Source of the DNA: Candidatus Cloacimonadota bacterium
GTDB lineage: Bacteria; Cloacimonadota; Cloacimonadia; Cloacimonadales; WRIO01
Direction: 5' to 3'
Assembly (NCBI GenBank): GCA_029564175.1
Contig: JAKQQL010000110.1
Span: 32,001 to 96,000 of the forward strand
Length of the DNA: 64,000 nt
A model generated the notes under the pieces. The model saw nothing but the letters and a program-made list of their open reading frames with translations, ran no database searches and was not told the origin of the DNA. Shown here piece by piece: positions 42,994 through 52,916 of this stretch (position 1 is its first letter; each line of letters begins with the position of its first letter). The translations under genes and the position numbers were made by a program.

Positions 42994-44531
42994 TGAAAAG
43001 AATATTAGTAAATCTTATATCCTGTGAAGAAAATCAATGTAAGACTTTCATTGATGCCCTGAGGTTTTTACCAGTAAGACCTGAGATTCAATTTATTCTA
43101 GTTGGAAAATATGAATATCCTGATTTTATCAAACATCTGGCTCAATGTATTGATTGTTGCAATCATTTCCAGTTTGAATGGCATCAAGAATCCTATTTTA
43201 CTGCTCATCTTTATGAAAAATATCACGCTGATGCAATGATCAATTATATGTGTAATGAGTCCGTAAACATGCAAACTCCTGGATTTAATCAAATCATTAC
43301 ACCCGTTATGGATGTATATTATTTTGCCCATAATGATAAGAATCTTTTTGATTTAAGCGAAGAAAACCTTTTAGCGATTTCTTTAAATCAGTTAGTAAAT
43401 CATTTAAAAGAAGAAAAAATTGAATCAATAGATTTCTTAAGATCTCAGCTTTTTATGTACACTGAGATTGAAGATAATATGATCGAACTACTCAAGCGTG
43501 ATTTCATTTTAAAAGAAATCTATCTGGCAGATTTGAGGGATGTTTCCGATATATCCAGTCATCAAATTGTTACTCTTTTCCCACATATCATACTGAGCTT
43601 GATTAAATTATTTTTACCAACATCCATTGCGGATATCAATCATCGTTACAATATCCCCTGCCTGGAAATTAAGAATTCAGAAAATGATACTTTTATTGTT
43701 AAGCAACATATTCGTTACTGTACAAATCAGTTGTTTCATATTCTCAGTTTTAACCAAAGTGATCCCAAAACATATGCTTATAAATCTTTTGCATATTTAT
43801 ATGATCATTATATGGATCATGTGACCTATCAGAAATGGGTTGATTTTGTTATTTATCAATATAAGTCACTATATAAACAAAAGCCAAAGGTTATCGCTGA
43901 TATTGCCTGTGGAACCGGTACGATTTCTAACATACTGGCAGATCAGGATTATCATGTCATATCTTCTGATAAATCTCCTGAAATGCTAGATGTGGCAATT
44001 GGAAAAAATAACAATCTTCATTTATTTCAAGCAGATATGACAGATTTTGATCTTTCTGTAAAAGCAGATTTGATACTTTTACTTTTTGACAGTATCAATT
44101 ATCTAACTGAAAGAGAACATGTTTTAAAACTGTTTGAATGTATTAAAAGGAATCTTAATCCATCCTCAATGTTTATTTTTGATATTTCAACGCTCTATAA
44201 CAGTAATGAGCATTTTGATGGATTTATCAATTTAGAAGAGTACAAAGAGATGTTTTTTGTTCACCGTGCAGATTACCTAAGTCACAAAAAAAGACAGGAA
44301 AACCTTCTTAATATTTTTACCAGTACTTTTTTAGGGTATCGCCGTGAAGATGAAGTGCATCAGCAAAGAGTCTGGCGGGCTAAAGAACTTCAAGATATGA
44401 TAAAAGAAGCAAAAATGAAATTATGTGGATTATACAGTATAGATGAACCTCAGAATATGGTAAAGGAAAATCCGAACAGTCTGGATACAAAATATGCCCG
44501 ATTGTTTTTTATTGTAAGCAATGAAGAATAA
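42993..44531 (+). CDS. Two-domain protein: unknown N-terminal domain plus class I SAM methyltransferase
   Basis: C-terminal FAYLYD.YM, DIACGTG, FDSINYL; N-terminal ~260 aa unassigned. Confidence 0.8.
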   Translation: MKRILVNLISCEENQCKTFIDALRFLPVRPEIQFILVGKYEYPDFIKHLAQCIDCCNHFQFEWHQESYFTAHLYEKYHADAMINYMCNESVNMQTPGFNQIITPVMDVYYFAHNDKNLFDLSEENLLAISLNQLVNHLKEEKIESIDFLRSQLFMYTEIEDNMIELLKRDFILKEIYLADLRDVSDISSHQIVTLFPHIILSLIKLFLPTSIADINHRYNIPCLEIKNSENDTFIVKQHIRYCTNQLFHILSFNQSDPKTYAYKSFAYLYDHYMDHVTYQKWVDFVIYQYKSLYKQKPKVIADIACGTGTISNILADQDYHVISSDKSPEMLDVAIGKNNNLHLFQADMTDFDLSVKADLILLLFDSINYLTEREHVLKLFECIKRNLNPSSMFIFDISTLYNSNEHFDGFINLEEYKEMFFVHRADYLSHKKRQENLLNIFTSTFLGYRREDEVHQQRVWRAKELQDMIKEAKMKLCGLYSIDEPQNMVKENPNSLDTKYARLFFIVSNEE

Positions 44532-45153
44532 ACACCTTTTTGATAATGATCTGCTGAAAAAAAGAGAATATAAAATTCTAGCAGGAACAGATGAAGCGGG
44601 ACGGGGACCTTTAGCTGGACCTGTCGTTTGTGCCAGTGTAATTTTACCTGATGATTTTTATCATGAAGATTTGAATGACTCTAAGAAAATATCTGAAATC
44701 AAAAGAGATAAGTTATTTACTTATATTCAAAACAAAGCAATTGCTTTTTCAATTGAGGTTGTTGAAGCTCAAACAATAGATGAACTCAATATTTTAAATG
44801 CAACTCTTTATGGGATGAAGAAAAGTATTGAAAGTCTTTCAGTAAAACCCGATATGGTACTGATTGATGGCAATAAAACCCCAAAACATTTATCTATTAA
44901 CAGCCAAACGGTTGTATCAGGAGATGCAAAACACGCTTGTATCGCAGCTGCATCGATTCTTGCAAAGGTAACCCGTGATAAGATCATGAATGACTACGAT
45001 CAAATATACCCTCAGTATGGTTTTGCTAAACACAAAGGTTATCCGGTTTCTGCTCATTTAGAAGCCATTAGAGAATATGGAATATGTAAGATTCACCGAA
45101 AATCTTATAAACCTGTCAGTCAAATGACAATTAAGGATATTATTGTTGAATAA
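44521..45153 (+). CDS. rnhB: Ribonuclease HII
   Basis: GTDEAGRGPLAGPV, DSKK, IAAASILAKVTRD, KHKGY. Confidence 0.97.
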   Translation: MKNKHLFDNDLLKKREYKILAGTDEAGRGPLAGPVVCASVILPDDFYHEDLNDSKKISEIKRDKLFTYIQNKAIAFSIEVVEAQTIDELNILNATLYGMKKSIESLSVKPDMVLIDGNKTPKHLSINSQTVVSGDAKHACIAAASILAKVTRDKIMNDYDQIYPQYGFAKHKGYPVSAHLEAIREYGICKIHRKSYKPVSQMTIKDIIVE

Positions 45154-46456
45154 GATAAAGATAATAGGTGCTGGACTGGCAGGATCAGAAGCAGCATTGC
45201 AACTTGCCGATAAAGGCTGGCAGGTTCATTTGTATGAAATGCGGGGAAAAAAGCAAACTCCTGCTCATCAGACTGATTTATGTGCAGAGCTGGTTTGCTC
45301 AAATTCTTTAAAATCAAAACTCCCCAGTACTTCTTCAGGTTTGTTAAAAGCCGAAATCAACCTACTTGGCTGTAAATTGCTGTTTCTTGCCGAGCAAGCC
45401 TCTGTTGAAGCAGGAAATGCTTTGGCTGTGGACAGAGAAATCTTTTCCCAAATTGTTACTCAAAGAATCAAATCTCATCCTAATATTCGATACTTTAATG
45501 AAGAAGTCTGTTCTTTGAATGATGAACTGACCATACTTGCAACCGGTCCTTTATCTTCGGACAATATTACTGCAGAACTGCTTAAAACCATTGGTCAAAA
45601 CCATCTTTATTTCTTTGATGCTATCGCACCAGTTGTTTCAACTGAGTCGATTAACATGGAAATAGCATTTAAGAAATCTCGTTATGATGATGTTAATGAT
45701 GACTATATCAATTGCCCCTTTAATAAGGAAGAGTATCTTCGTTTTGTAGATGCTTTAAACAGTGGTGATAAACATGAAGCGAAAGAGTTTGAAAATGATT
45801 TTTTCAGAGACCCCTCTTATCGTTTTTATGAGAATTGTATGCCGATAGAAGAATTAGCCAGAAGAGGTACTGATACCTTACGTTTCGGTGTCATGCGACC
45901 TGTAGGGCTTGAAGATCCCCGCACAGGTAGAAGACCTTATGCGTTAATTCAGTTACGAATTGAGAACAAAGAAAAAACTGCCTATAATCTGGTTGGTTGC
46001 CAGACAATGCTCAAATATGGTGCTCAAAAAGATATTTTCAGACTCATACCAGGTCTGAAACAGGCAGAGTTTGTCCGATATGGTTCGATTCATCGAAATA
46101 CTTACATCAATACACCTGCTGTATGCAATTCAGATCTTAGTCTAAGAAATAAATCCAATATCTTTTTAGCTGGTCAACTTTCTGGTGTAGAAGGATATGT
46201 AGAATCTATTTTTTCAGGGCTTTTAATAGCCAAAATCATAAATCGTGAACTTAAAAGTTTGCCTGATACAACAATATCTGGTCAGCTATGGCGCTACCTG
46301 ATAACTGAAAATAAGCATTTCTTACCTATGAATTCCAATTTTGGACTACTTCCTGCTCTTGATAAAAAGATAGGGAAGAAAGAACGAAAAAATGCTTATA
46401 GTGAAAGAGCGCTGTCTGATTTGATTCAATTTCAAAAATTAATATTGAAGGAGTGA
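45143..46456 (+). CDS. trmFO: tRNA (uracil-54) methyltransferase TrmFO/Gid
   Basis: GAGLAGSEAA, ELVCSNS, FFDAIAP, YGSIHRN, AGQLSGVEGY. Confidence 0.96.
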   Translation: MLNKIKIIGAGLAGSEAALQLADKGWQVHLYEMRGKKQTPAHQTDLCAELVCSNSLKSKLPSTSSGLLKAEINLLGCKLLFLAEQASVEAGNALAVDREIFSQIVTQRIKSHPNIRYFNEEVCSLNDELTILATGPLSSDNITAELLKTIGQNHLYFFDAIAPVVSTESINMEIAFKKSRYDDVNDDYINCPFNKEEYLRFVDALNSGDKHEAKEFENDFFRDPSYRFYENCMPIEELARRGTDTLRFGVMRPVGLEDPRTGRRPYALIQLRIENKEKTAYNLVGCQTMLKYGAQKDIFRLIPGLKQAEFVRYGSIHRNTYINTPAVCNSDLSLRNKSNIFLAGQLSGVEGYVESIFSGLLIAKIINRELKSLPDTTISGQLWRYLITENKHFLPMNSNFGLLPALDKKIGKKERKNAYSERALSDLIQFQKLILKE

Positions 46457-47745
46457 TTAACATGAGTATGTCCATGATAATTGCACTGGTTATTTTCTTA
46501 ATAGCCTATGTTATGATAGCATTGGAGACTTATCATAAATTTGTCGTATCTATTGTAGGTGCTGTTTGTTTTTTAGTACTTGGTTATATCAGCCAGGATA
46601 ATGCATTCTCGCATTATATTGACTGGAATGTTATTTTTTTACTGATTGGTATGATGATAATGATGGGTATTATCAAAGATACCGGTATGTTTCAGTATGT
46701 TGCCATTAAACTGGCAAAGATGGCCAAAGGAAATCCGGTTAGAATATTAGTAGCACTTTTTTTTGCCACTGGTATTATTTCAGCATTTTTAGATAATGTA
46801 ACTACTATAATCATCATGACGCCAATCTCAATTTTAATTTCTGTTGAGTTAGGTATATCACCTTTACCTTTTGTTATTTCTCAGATACTTGCATCCAATA
46901 TTGGAGGTACAGCTACTTTGATTGGTGATCCTCCAAATTTGATGATTGGCAGTGCAGCTAAACTTAGCTTTGTTGATTTTTTAAAGAATTTATCTCTCGT
47001 GATAATTATCAATATGGTCGTAACGGCTTCAGTTTTATGGCTGTTTTTTAAAAAGAAATTGGTTGTGTCTAACAACAGAAAAGCCAGAATTTTAGAATTT
47101 GACGAAAAACAAGCGATTAATGATAAAGGTGATTTAATCATTGGATTGATTGTAATCGCATTATTTTTAGGACTTTTCTTTTTCCATCATCATACACACC
47201 TTATGCCCGCAACAATTGCACTTGTTAGTGCTGGTATATTAATGCTTAAAGCTAAACATCTTAAAATGGAAGAATTTCTCGCTACAGAAATTGAATGGGG
47301 TACAATTCTTTTTTTTATTGGTCTCTTCATTATGGTAGGGGCATTAGAAGAACAGGGTGTAATTAAATACTTCTCAGAAATTATAATACGATTAACAGAT
47401 GGTAGTCCCAGATTAACCAGCATGGGTATCTTATGGACTTCAGGTATTGCTTCAGCTATAATAGATAATATTCCTTTTGTAGCAACGATGATTCCTCTGA
47501 TTGAAAATATGGGGCATGTAATTGGACCTGTTGCAGTTAAACCTTTATGGTGGTCTCTTTCTCTTGGCGCATGTTTAGGTGGCAATGGAACTATGATAGG
47601 GGCTTCCGCTAATCTCATAGCTATCAGTATTTGTAACAAGAGTGGTTACAAAATCAGTTTTATGACTTTTACAAAATTTGGTGCTCTAATCACAGTGTTG
47701 AACCTTTTTATCGCATCCATTTATCTTTTAATAGCCTATTATTAA
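46453..47745 (+). CDS. ArsB/NhaD-family ion transporter
   Basis: About 11 TM segments; SAFLDNVTT, NIGGTATLIGDPPN, IDNIPF, GGNGT.IGASAN. Confidence 0.88.
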   Translation: MINMSMSMIIALVIFLIAYVMIALETYHKFVVSIVGAVCFLVLGYISQDNAFSHYIDWNVIFLLIGMMIMMGIIKDTGMFQYVAIKLAKMAKGNPVRILVALFFATGIISAFLDNVTTIIIMTPISILISVELGISPLPFVISQILASNIGGTATLIGDPPNLMIGSAAKLSFVDFLKNLSLVIIINMVVTASVLWLFFKKKLVVSNNRKARILEFDEKQAINDKGDLIIGLIVIALFLGLFFFHHHTHLMPATIALVSAGILMLKAKHLKMEEFLATEIEWGTILFFIGLFIMVGALEEQGVIKYFSEIIIRLTDGSPRLTSMGILWTSGIASAIIDNIPFVATMIPLIENMGHVIGPVAVKPLWWSLSLGACLGGNGTMIGASANLIAISICNKSGYKISFMTFTKFGALITVLNLFIASIYLLIAYY

Positions 47746-47800
47746 AAAAAAATTGACACATTCAGCTAATATATTAGTTTATCTTTGTAAGGAGGATAAA

Positions 47801-48256
47801 ATGAAAAGATTTGCTATAATAATCATACTGATATCGGTAAGCATATCCATTTTTGCGAATTATGAATTACCTGGAAAAACGGGTTTTTATAATCCAAATT
47901 TTCAGTTAGGTTCTCTCTTAAATCCTGATAAAATAAAAATGTCTCATTCCATGTCTTTTGGTAGTGGGATTTCCAGTAATGGTTCAGGGTTTTATCAGTC
48001 TGCTTACACCAATCATATGAAGTTTGATCTGAAAGAAAATTTAAAAATGAATATTGATTTAAGTTTTGTCAATCAGGGTACAATGACTCATCAAAATGAT
48101 TTAAATTTTAAATCAAATAATGATAGCAACAATCTTGTTATTCCTTCTTTTTCTTTAGAATACCAACCTTTTGAAAATACTAAGCTTTTTTTTGAATACA
48201 GGCAATATAACGGCTTACCTTTTCAATCTTCAAGAAAATATGATTATTGGCGGTAA
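47801..48256 (+). CDS. Hypothetical exported protein, beta-strand rich
   Basis: ATG 47801 behind AAGGAGG; signal peptide; putative promoter TTGACA-N16-TAGTTT at 47753-47780. Confidence 0.7.
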   Translation: MKRFAIIIILISVSISIFANYELPGKTGFYNPNFQLGSLLNPDKIKMSHSMSFGSGISSNGSGFYQSAYTNHMKFDLKENLKMNIDLSFVNQGTMTHQNDLNFKSNNDSNNLVIPSFSLEYQPFENTKLFFEYRQYNGLPFQSSRKYDYWR

Positions 48257-49084
48257 ATGAGTTTGTTTATACAAGAATTAGCTGAAATTTTATCATTTTC
48301 ATTTATCTTTACTGCCTTAGCCTCGAGAATTCTCGCTGTATTTTTTATTGCTTTGTTTTTCAGTAGTATTGGTAGTTTTTTGAATGTCTGTATATACAGA
48401 GTTCCGTTAAAGTTATCAATCATTAAACCTGATTCATACTGCCCTAAATGTAAAACACCAATAAAACCATGGCACAATATACCTGTTATATCTTATTTTT
48501 TACTCAGAGGCAGATGTTATTATTGTCATGAACGTTTTTCATTTAGGTATTGTCTGGTTGAAATTATCACAGCAATGTTAGCAATTGTTTTTTTTATTAA
48601 AAATGGATGGGTTCTTGATCTCGTTTTTCTAAAATTCATAATATTTATGTGTTTTAGTATCATGATCATTTTTATTGATTTAGACCATCATTTGATTTTG
48701 GATAAACATAATTATACACTGCTTATTCTTGGTTTTCTCTTTTCACTTGCAGGCACAATTCCGCTTTGGAATGCAATATCGGGTGCTTTGACTGGATTTA
48801 TTATTTTTTATTTAATTGCATTATTATACTGGATAAGCCGAAAAGTACATGGTTTAGGTGGGGGTGATATTAAATTTATTTCTGCAATTGGTATGTTCAC
48901 CGGAATATCAGGTGTGCTGTTTACTATATTTTTTTCTTCAATTTTTGCATTAATTCTAAATTTCAACAATTTTAAAAAACCAAAAGAGTTAGCTTTCGGA
49001 CCCTATCTTGCCTTTGCCTCACTTTTTTATTTCTTTTTTGGTGATACACTAATCCGTTGGTATCTTGATTTTTTTATTACTTGA
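48257..49084 (+). CDS. pilD: Type IV prepilin peptidase/N-methyltransferase
   Basis: GSFLNVCIYRVP, SYCPKC, LRGRCYYC, IDL, GLGGGDIK, FGPYL. Confidence 0.93.
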   Translation: MSLFIQELAEILSFSFIFTALASRILAVFFIALFFSSIGSFLNVCIYRVPLKLSIIKPDSYCPKCKTPIKPWHNIPVISYFLLRGRCYYCHERFSFRYCLVEIITAMLAIVFFIKNGWVLDLVFLKFIIFMCFSIMIIFIDLDHHLILDKHNYTLLILGFLFSLAGTIPLWNAISGALTGFIIFYLIALLYWISRKVHGLGGGDIKFISAIGMFTGISGVLFTIFFSSIFALILNFNNFKKPKELAFGPYLAFASLFYFFFGDTLIRWYLDFFIT

Positions 49085-49133
49085 AGATCACAATTTCATA
49101 TGATTTTTTCAAATACTTGATTTCTAATTTAAC

Positions 49134-50306
49134 ATGAAGCCATTTGAAATATTTATTCCACTTACTCCTGGTCTGGAACCTTATACACTGTATGAACTGA
49201 AAGAGTTGAATATAACTGTTAAATCTTCTGATAAATCAGGTATAACTGTTATTGGACACTGGAATACGCTAATTAAAATCAATTTGTATTTAAAAACAAT
49301 TTCACGAGTTTATATTCGAATAGCTGATTTTAAAGCAAAAACATTTGCTGAGTTTAGTGCTAAGTTAAATGCAGTCGATTTTTACCCTTATCTTTATTCA
49401 AAAGATCAAAAAAAAAGTGTAGTTTTAAAAGTAAACTCATTCCAATCTGCACTGTTTCATGAAAGTGCATTAGAGAATCTAATTTATAAGATTATAAGTC
49501 ATAAATATGAAAATATCAGAATAACGAAAGATTGTGGAAATAATGCTTCAGCAAAGGATTCCTGTTACTTAGAAGAAAAAGAAACAGAACAACTGTTTTT
49601 GATCAATATCGTCAAAGATAAAGTTCAGATCAGTGCTGATTCTAGTGGTGATTTATTGTATAAAAGAGGGTATCAGCAATTCAGGTCTGAAGCACCTCTT
49701 AGAGAAAGCATCGCTTCTGCTATGTATCTGGCATGTACTGAAAGAGACTTTTCCTGCATCATCGATCCTTTTTGTGGTTCAGGTACAATACCGATTGAAA
49801 TTATGATAAACAGAGCTCATTTTGTGAATCATAAACATAGGCAATTTACTTTTATGAATTGGTTGGCTTTTGATAAAATGTACTATGAAAAAACTCTACA
49901 TGAACTAGATAAGATGATTATTCAAAAATTGGCATATGATAATCTTGATATTCGTAAAATAACTTGTTATGCTTCTGATATCGATAGAAAATGTATACAG
50001 GCTGTTTTACATAATTATCAATTAAGTGGAATGCAAGATGATTTACATACTTTAGTCGCGGACTTCTTAGATATAGATTTTAACAAATATCCAAAACAAT
50101 CTCTGATTATTACGAACCCGCCCTGGGGTAAAAGAATTAAAAGTGAGCAGTTAAAACGTATCTATCAAAAACTGGAAAGTCTTGCCAAAACTTTTTCTGT
50201 TTATTGCTTGTTACCTAATGCAAATTTATCATATTTTAAAAAAAAGAAAGTATTGTTTAAAACCCGATCAGGAAGTATTGATGTATCCTATATCAAAATT
50301 TGTTGA
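49134..50306 (+). CDS. THUMP-domain RNA methyltransferase (RlmL/UPF0020-like)
   Basis: LYKRGY, APLRESIA, DPFCGSGTIPIE, TNPPWG. Confidence 0.88.
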   Translation: MKPFEIFIPLTPGLEPYTLYELKELNITVKSSDKSGITVIGHWNTLIKINLYLKTISRVYIRIADFKAKTFAEFSAKLNAVDFYPYLYSKDQKKSVVLKVNSFQSALFHESALENLIYKIISHKYENIRITKDCGNNASAKDSCYLEEKETEQLFLINIVKDKVQISADSSGDLLYKRGYQQFRSEAPLRESIASAMYLACTERDFSCIIDPFCGSGTIPIEIMINRAHFVNHKHRQFTFMNWLAFDKMYYEKTLHELDKMIIQKLAYDNLDIRKITCYASDIDRKCIQAVLHNYQLSGMQDDLHTLVADFLDIDFNKYPKQSLIITNPPWGKRIKSEQLKRIYQKLESLAKTFSVYCLLPNANLSYFKKKKVLFKTRSGSIDVSYIKIC

Positions 50307-50348
50307 TCAAATATTAAATGGATGACTTTGTTAGTACTAAATTCATTG

Positions 50349-50380
50349 AAAAATAAGGCTGTTATTGCTAACAGCCTTAT
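50349..50380 (-). terminator. Terminator of the oxidative-stress operon
   Basis: ATAAGGCTGTTA-TTGC-TAACAGCCTTAT with a T run on the minus strand. Confidence 0.8.
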
Positions 50381-50400
50381 AGAATTGAAACTCTAAAGAA

Positions 50401-50541
50401 TTAGTCCATTGGACTAAACATGTCTTTACCAACACCACAAGCTGGGCAAGTCCAGTCTTCAGGTAAATCGTCAAAAGCAACATTATTGTTTTCAGCTGGG
50501 TCATATACCCATCCACATGCGTCACATACGTATTTTTTCAT
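50401..50541 (-). CDS. rub: Rubredoxin, 46 aa (absent from ORF track)
   Basis: [46 protein letters not shown]; two CxxC motifs; AAGGAG RBS. Confidence 0.96.
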   Translation of the reverse strand: MKKYVCDACGWVYDPAENNNVAFDDLPEDWTCPACGVGKDMFSPMD

Positions 50542-50554
50542 GATTTCTCCTTTG

Positions 50555-51148
50555 TTAATAATTTTCTATATGGATTTCGAAATAACTCTGAGGATGCTGA
50601 CAAGCAGGACATTTTTCAGGCGCTTCGATATTTTCTGTGATATAACCACAATTAAGACATTTCCAGAATACTTTACCATCCTTTTTAAATACTTCATGTT
50701 CTTTAACATTTTTAGCAAGCTTACGATAACGGTATTCATGTTTTTCTTCAACTTTTGCTATGAGTCTAAAGGCCGTTGCTACATCTTTGTATCCTTCTTT
50801 ATCCGCCATATCAGCAAATGCAGGATATAATTCAGTCCACTCTTCCTGTTCTCCATTAGCAGCGTACTCAAGATTTTTAAATGTATCTTCTGATAATGCA
50901 ACTGGATATCCTGCATCATTTAGGATTATGACTTCCTCGTTCATACCATATTCCAGTAATTTTTTGTAGAATACTTTTGCATGTTCTTTTTCATTTTCAG
51001 CAGTTTCCATGAAAATATTGGCAATTTGCAGAAATCCTTGTTTTTTAGCTACACCAGCATAATAGGTATAACGGGTGCGTGCCTGAGATTCGCCAGCAAA
51101 TGCTTTCATTAAATTAAGGGCAGTCTGACTGTTTTTAAAATCTGACAT
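50555..51148 (-). CDS. rbr: Rubrerythrin
   Basis: [22 protein letters not shown]-terminal CLNCG...CPAC. Confidence 0.96.
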   Translation of the reverse strand: MSDFKNSQTALNLMKAFAGESQARTRYTYYAGVAKKQGFLQIANIFMETAENEKEHAKVFYKKLLEYGMNEEVIILNDAGYPVALSEDTFKNLEYAANGEQEEWTELYPAFADMADKEGYKDVATAFRLIAKVEEKHEYRYRKLAKNVKEHEVFKKDGKVFWKCLNCGYITENIEAPEKCPACQHPQSYFEIHIENY

Positions 51149-51172
51149 TGGCTCTCCTTTTTATATTTTTGT

Positions 51173-51553
51173 TTATTTTGCACTCCAAAGCATATGTAAA
51201 TTACAGAATTCGCGTACTTCAAGTACGTCATCACGTTTTACAGTGAATTCTGCCTGAGGTTTCATACCAGGCTTTAACTCTTTTCTAATCACTTCATTTT
51301 CTGTGAGAATTTCAATAAAGACGATATAATGCTCTTCAGTCATTGGGTGTTCGACACTGCCGACAGTAACTTTAATACCAGTTGAAGTTTCTTCAATCAC
51401 TGGTACATGTTTTTCGTTAGCTGCATCTGTTGTGTTGGCTTTAAGTTTTATCATTGCTTCACCACAACATACAAGCGCTTCTTGACCTGTACTAACAACT
51501 TCTACCAGATTTTTGCAATGCTTACAATAGTATAGTGAACGTAATTCTGTCAT
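51173..51553 (-). CDS. dfx: Desulfoferrodoxin (class I superoxide reductase)
   Basis: CKHC..VCCG desulforedoxin domain; EKHVP, HPM..EHYI, CNLH. Confidence 0.96.
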   Translation of the reverse strand: MTELRSLYYCKHCKNLVEVVSTGQEALVCCGEAMIKLKANTTDAANEKHVPVIEETSTGIKVTVGSVEHPMTEEHYIVFIEILTENEVIRKELKPGMKPQAEFTVKRDDVLEVREFCNLHMLWSAK

Positions 51554-51581
51554 TTTCCCTCCAAATTATGATTTTAATAAT

Positions 51582-51609
51582 ATTATAATCCAATCATAGA
51601 TAAGTGCAA
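51582..51609 (-). promoter_or_regulatory. Promoter of dfx-rbr-rub
   Basis: TTGCAC-N16-TATAAT upstream of GGAGG RBS. Confidence 0.6.
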
Positions 51610-51746
51610 ATTATTTTTTAAAATTTTTTGAATAAACTGATCGTATGCCAATAAATGAAACTACCGATAAAAGATAAAGCTTGTGCTGTTGAATGAACAA
51701 TAGAAGAGTAAAGTTATATCAGGAATGAAGAATTTTAAAAAATAGG

Positions 51747-51775
51747 TTGACTTTTATTATGATTTGATTTATAAT
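51747..51775 (+). promoter_or_regulatory. Promoter of the FecR/CHASE2 operon
   Basis: TTGACT-N17-TATAAT upstream of GGAGGAG RBS. Confidence 0.7.
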
Positions 51776-51793
51776 AGCATCATGGAGGAGTAA

Positions 51794-52909
51794 ATGAAAA
51801 ATATAATTATTATCTTGATAATAATCATATCAGCTGGATTCTTATTTGCTAATGAGAATCCTATGGTATTATCTCTTAATGGAACAGGATTTTATAACTC
51901 AATTAGAGCTGCTGCTATTGATGTGGACAATCCAAATAATCAACCAATGATTTTTAGTGTACATATCAGTAAAAACCCTGGATACACAATTGAAAATGCT
52001 TATATGTTTTTTACTTTAAAATGGAATGGAAATCTAATTATCGATCAAAGTAAATCCCAGTTTAAGGAATATGCTCTCAATATGCTGAATAGTAACTTGC
52101 CTGTAAATTTTACAAACAGAGATATTATTAATGAGAATGGCAGTATCTATTTAGCAGGTGCTCAACCATCTATTTCATTAAGTGATTTTCTGAATAACAG
52201 ACATTTTAAATCAGCAATTATGAATACTGGTTTATTTCCAGATGGGACCTATGAATTTATTATGGAAGTAAGAAATGGGAATACACCAGGAGCTCAGGTT
52301 TTAAGCAATATGGCTACTTACATCATGAATATTCATAATATAAATAATATAACTCTTTTATCACCAGGCACCATGGCAGGTCAGACGATTCCTGAAGTAT
52401 CTCAAAGGCCAGTCATTTTTAACTGGTCTGCAAATGTGAACAATCCGGCAAATACTTATATCTTTGAAGTCAGAGAATACACTCAAAGTAATACTATGAA
52501 TATCAATAATCTTGAAAATAGTGGACGAACCTTCTATCAGCAAAGTAACCTTATTAGCCCACTTTTTACTCAAAATCTGCCTTATGTAGAAGGTAATTAT
52601 TATGCTTGGCGAGTAAGTATTCCTCTGGTTACAGACCAATCCGAATTCGGGATGCATCCTGTAATTTCAAGTCAATGGAACATATTTAAATATGTCAGTG
52701 CTGCATCGAATATTCCTAATCCTTATCAAGCCCTTATCGACCAGTTACAATCATTTCAAAATCCAGTGATTAACCAGATCATTAATCAAGGTTATTTACC
52801 AACTGGCCGGTTTTTTTATAATGGTATGAATATACCTGCTTCTCAGGTTCAGACACTAATACCACAGATTTTAAACTCAAACAATGTTGTAATTGAAATA
52901 GTAGATTGA
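51794..52909 (+). CDS. Secreted Ig/fibronectin-III-like protein (TANFOR-like pattern)
   Basis: Signal peptide; FPDGTYEF, LLSPG, FNWS, EGNYYAWRV pattern; Asn-rich. Confidence 0.6.
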   Translation: MKNIIIILIIIISAGFLFANENPMVLSLNGTGFYNSIRAAAIDVDNPNNQPMIFSVHISKNPGYTIENAYMFFTLKWNGNLIIDQSKSQFKEYALNMLNSNLPVNFTNRDIINENGSIYLAGAQPSISLSDFLNNRHFKSAIMNTGLFPDGTYEFIMEVRNGNTPGAQVLSNMATYIMNIHNINNITLLSPGTMAGQTIPEVSQRPVIFNWSANVNNPANTYIFEVREYTQSNTMNINNLENSGRTFYQQSNLISPLFTQNLPYVEGNYYAWRVSIPLVTDQSEFGMHPVISSQWNIFKYVSAASNIPNPYQALIDQLQSFQNPVINQIINQGYLPTGRFFYNGMNIPASQVQTLIPQILNSNNVVIEIVD

Positions 52910-52916
52910 GGTTAGT

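Noticed and set aside
46881..47639. Minus-strand ORFs inside the transporter gene
   Set aside because: Antisense shadows of a hydrophobic CDS
50343..50830. ORF-track entries 50343-50525 and 50420-50830
   Set aside because: Wrong-frame or antisense shadows of rubredoxin and rubrerythrin
51571..51590. PerR/Fur-like box upstream of dfx
   Set aside because: Only one half matches, it coincides with the -10 TATAAT, and the background is very AT-rich
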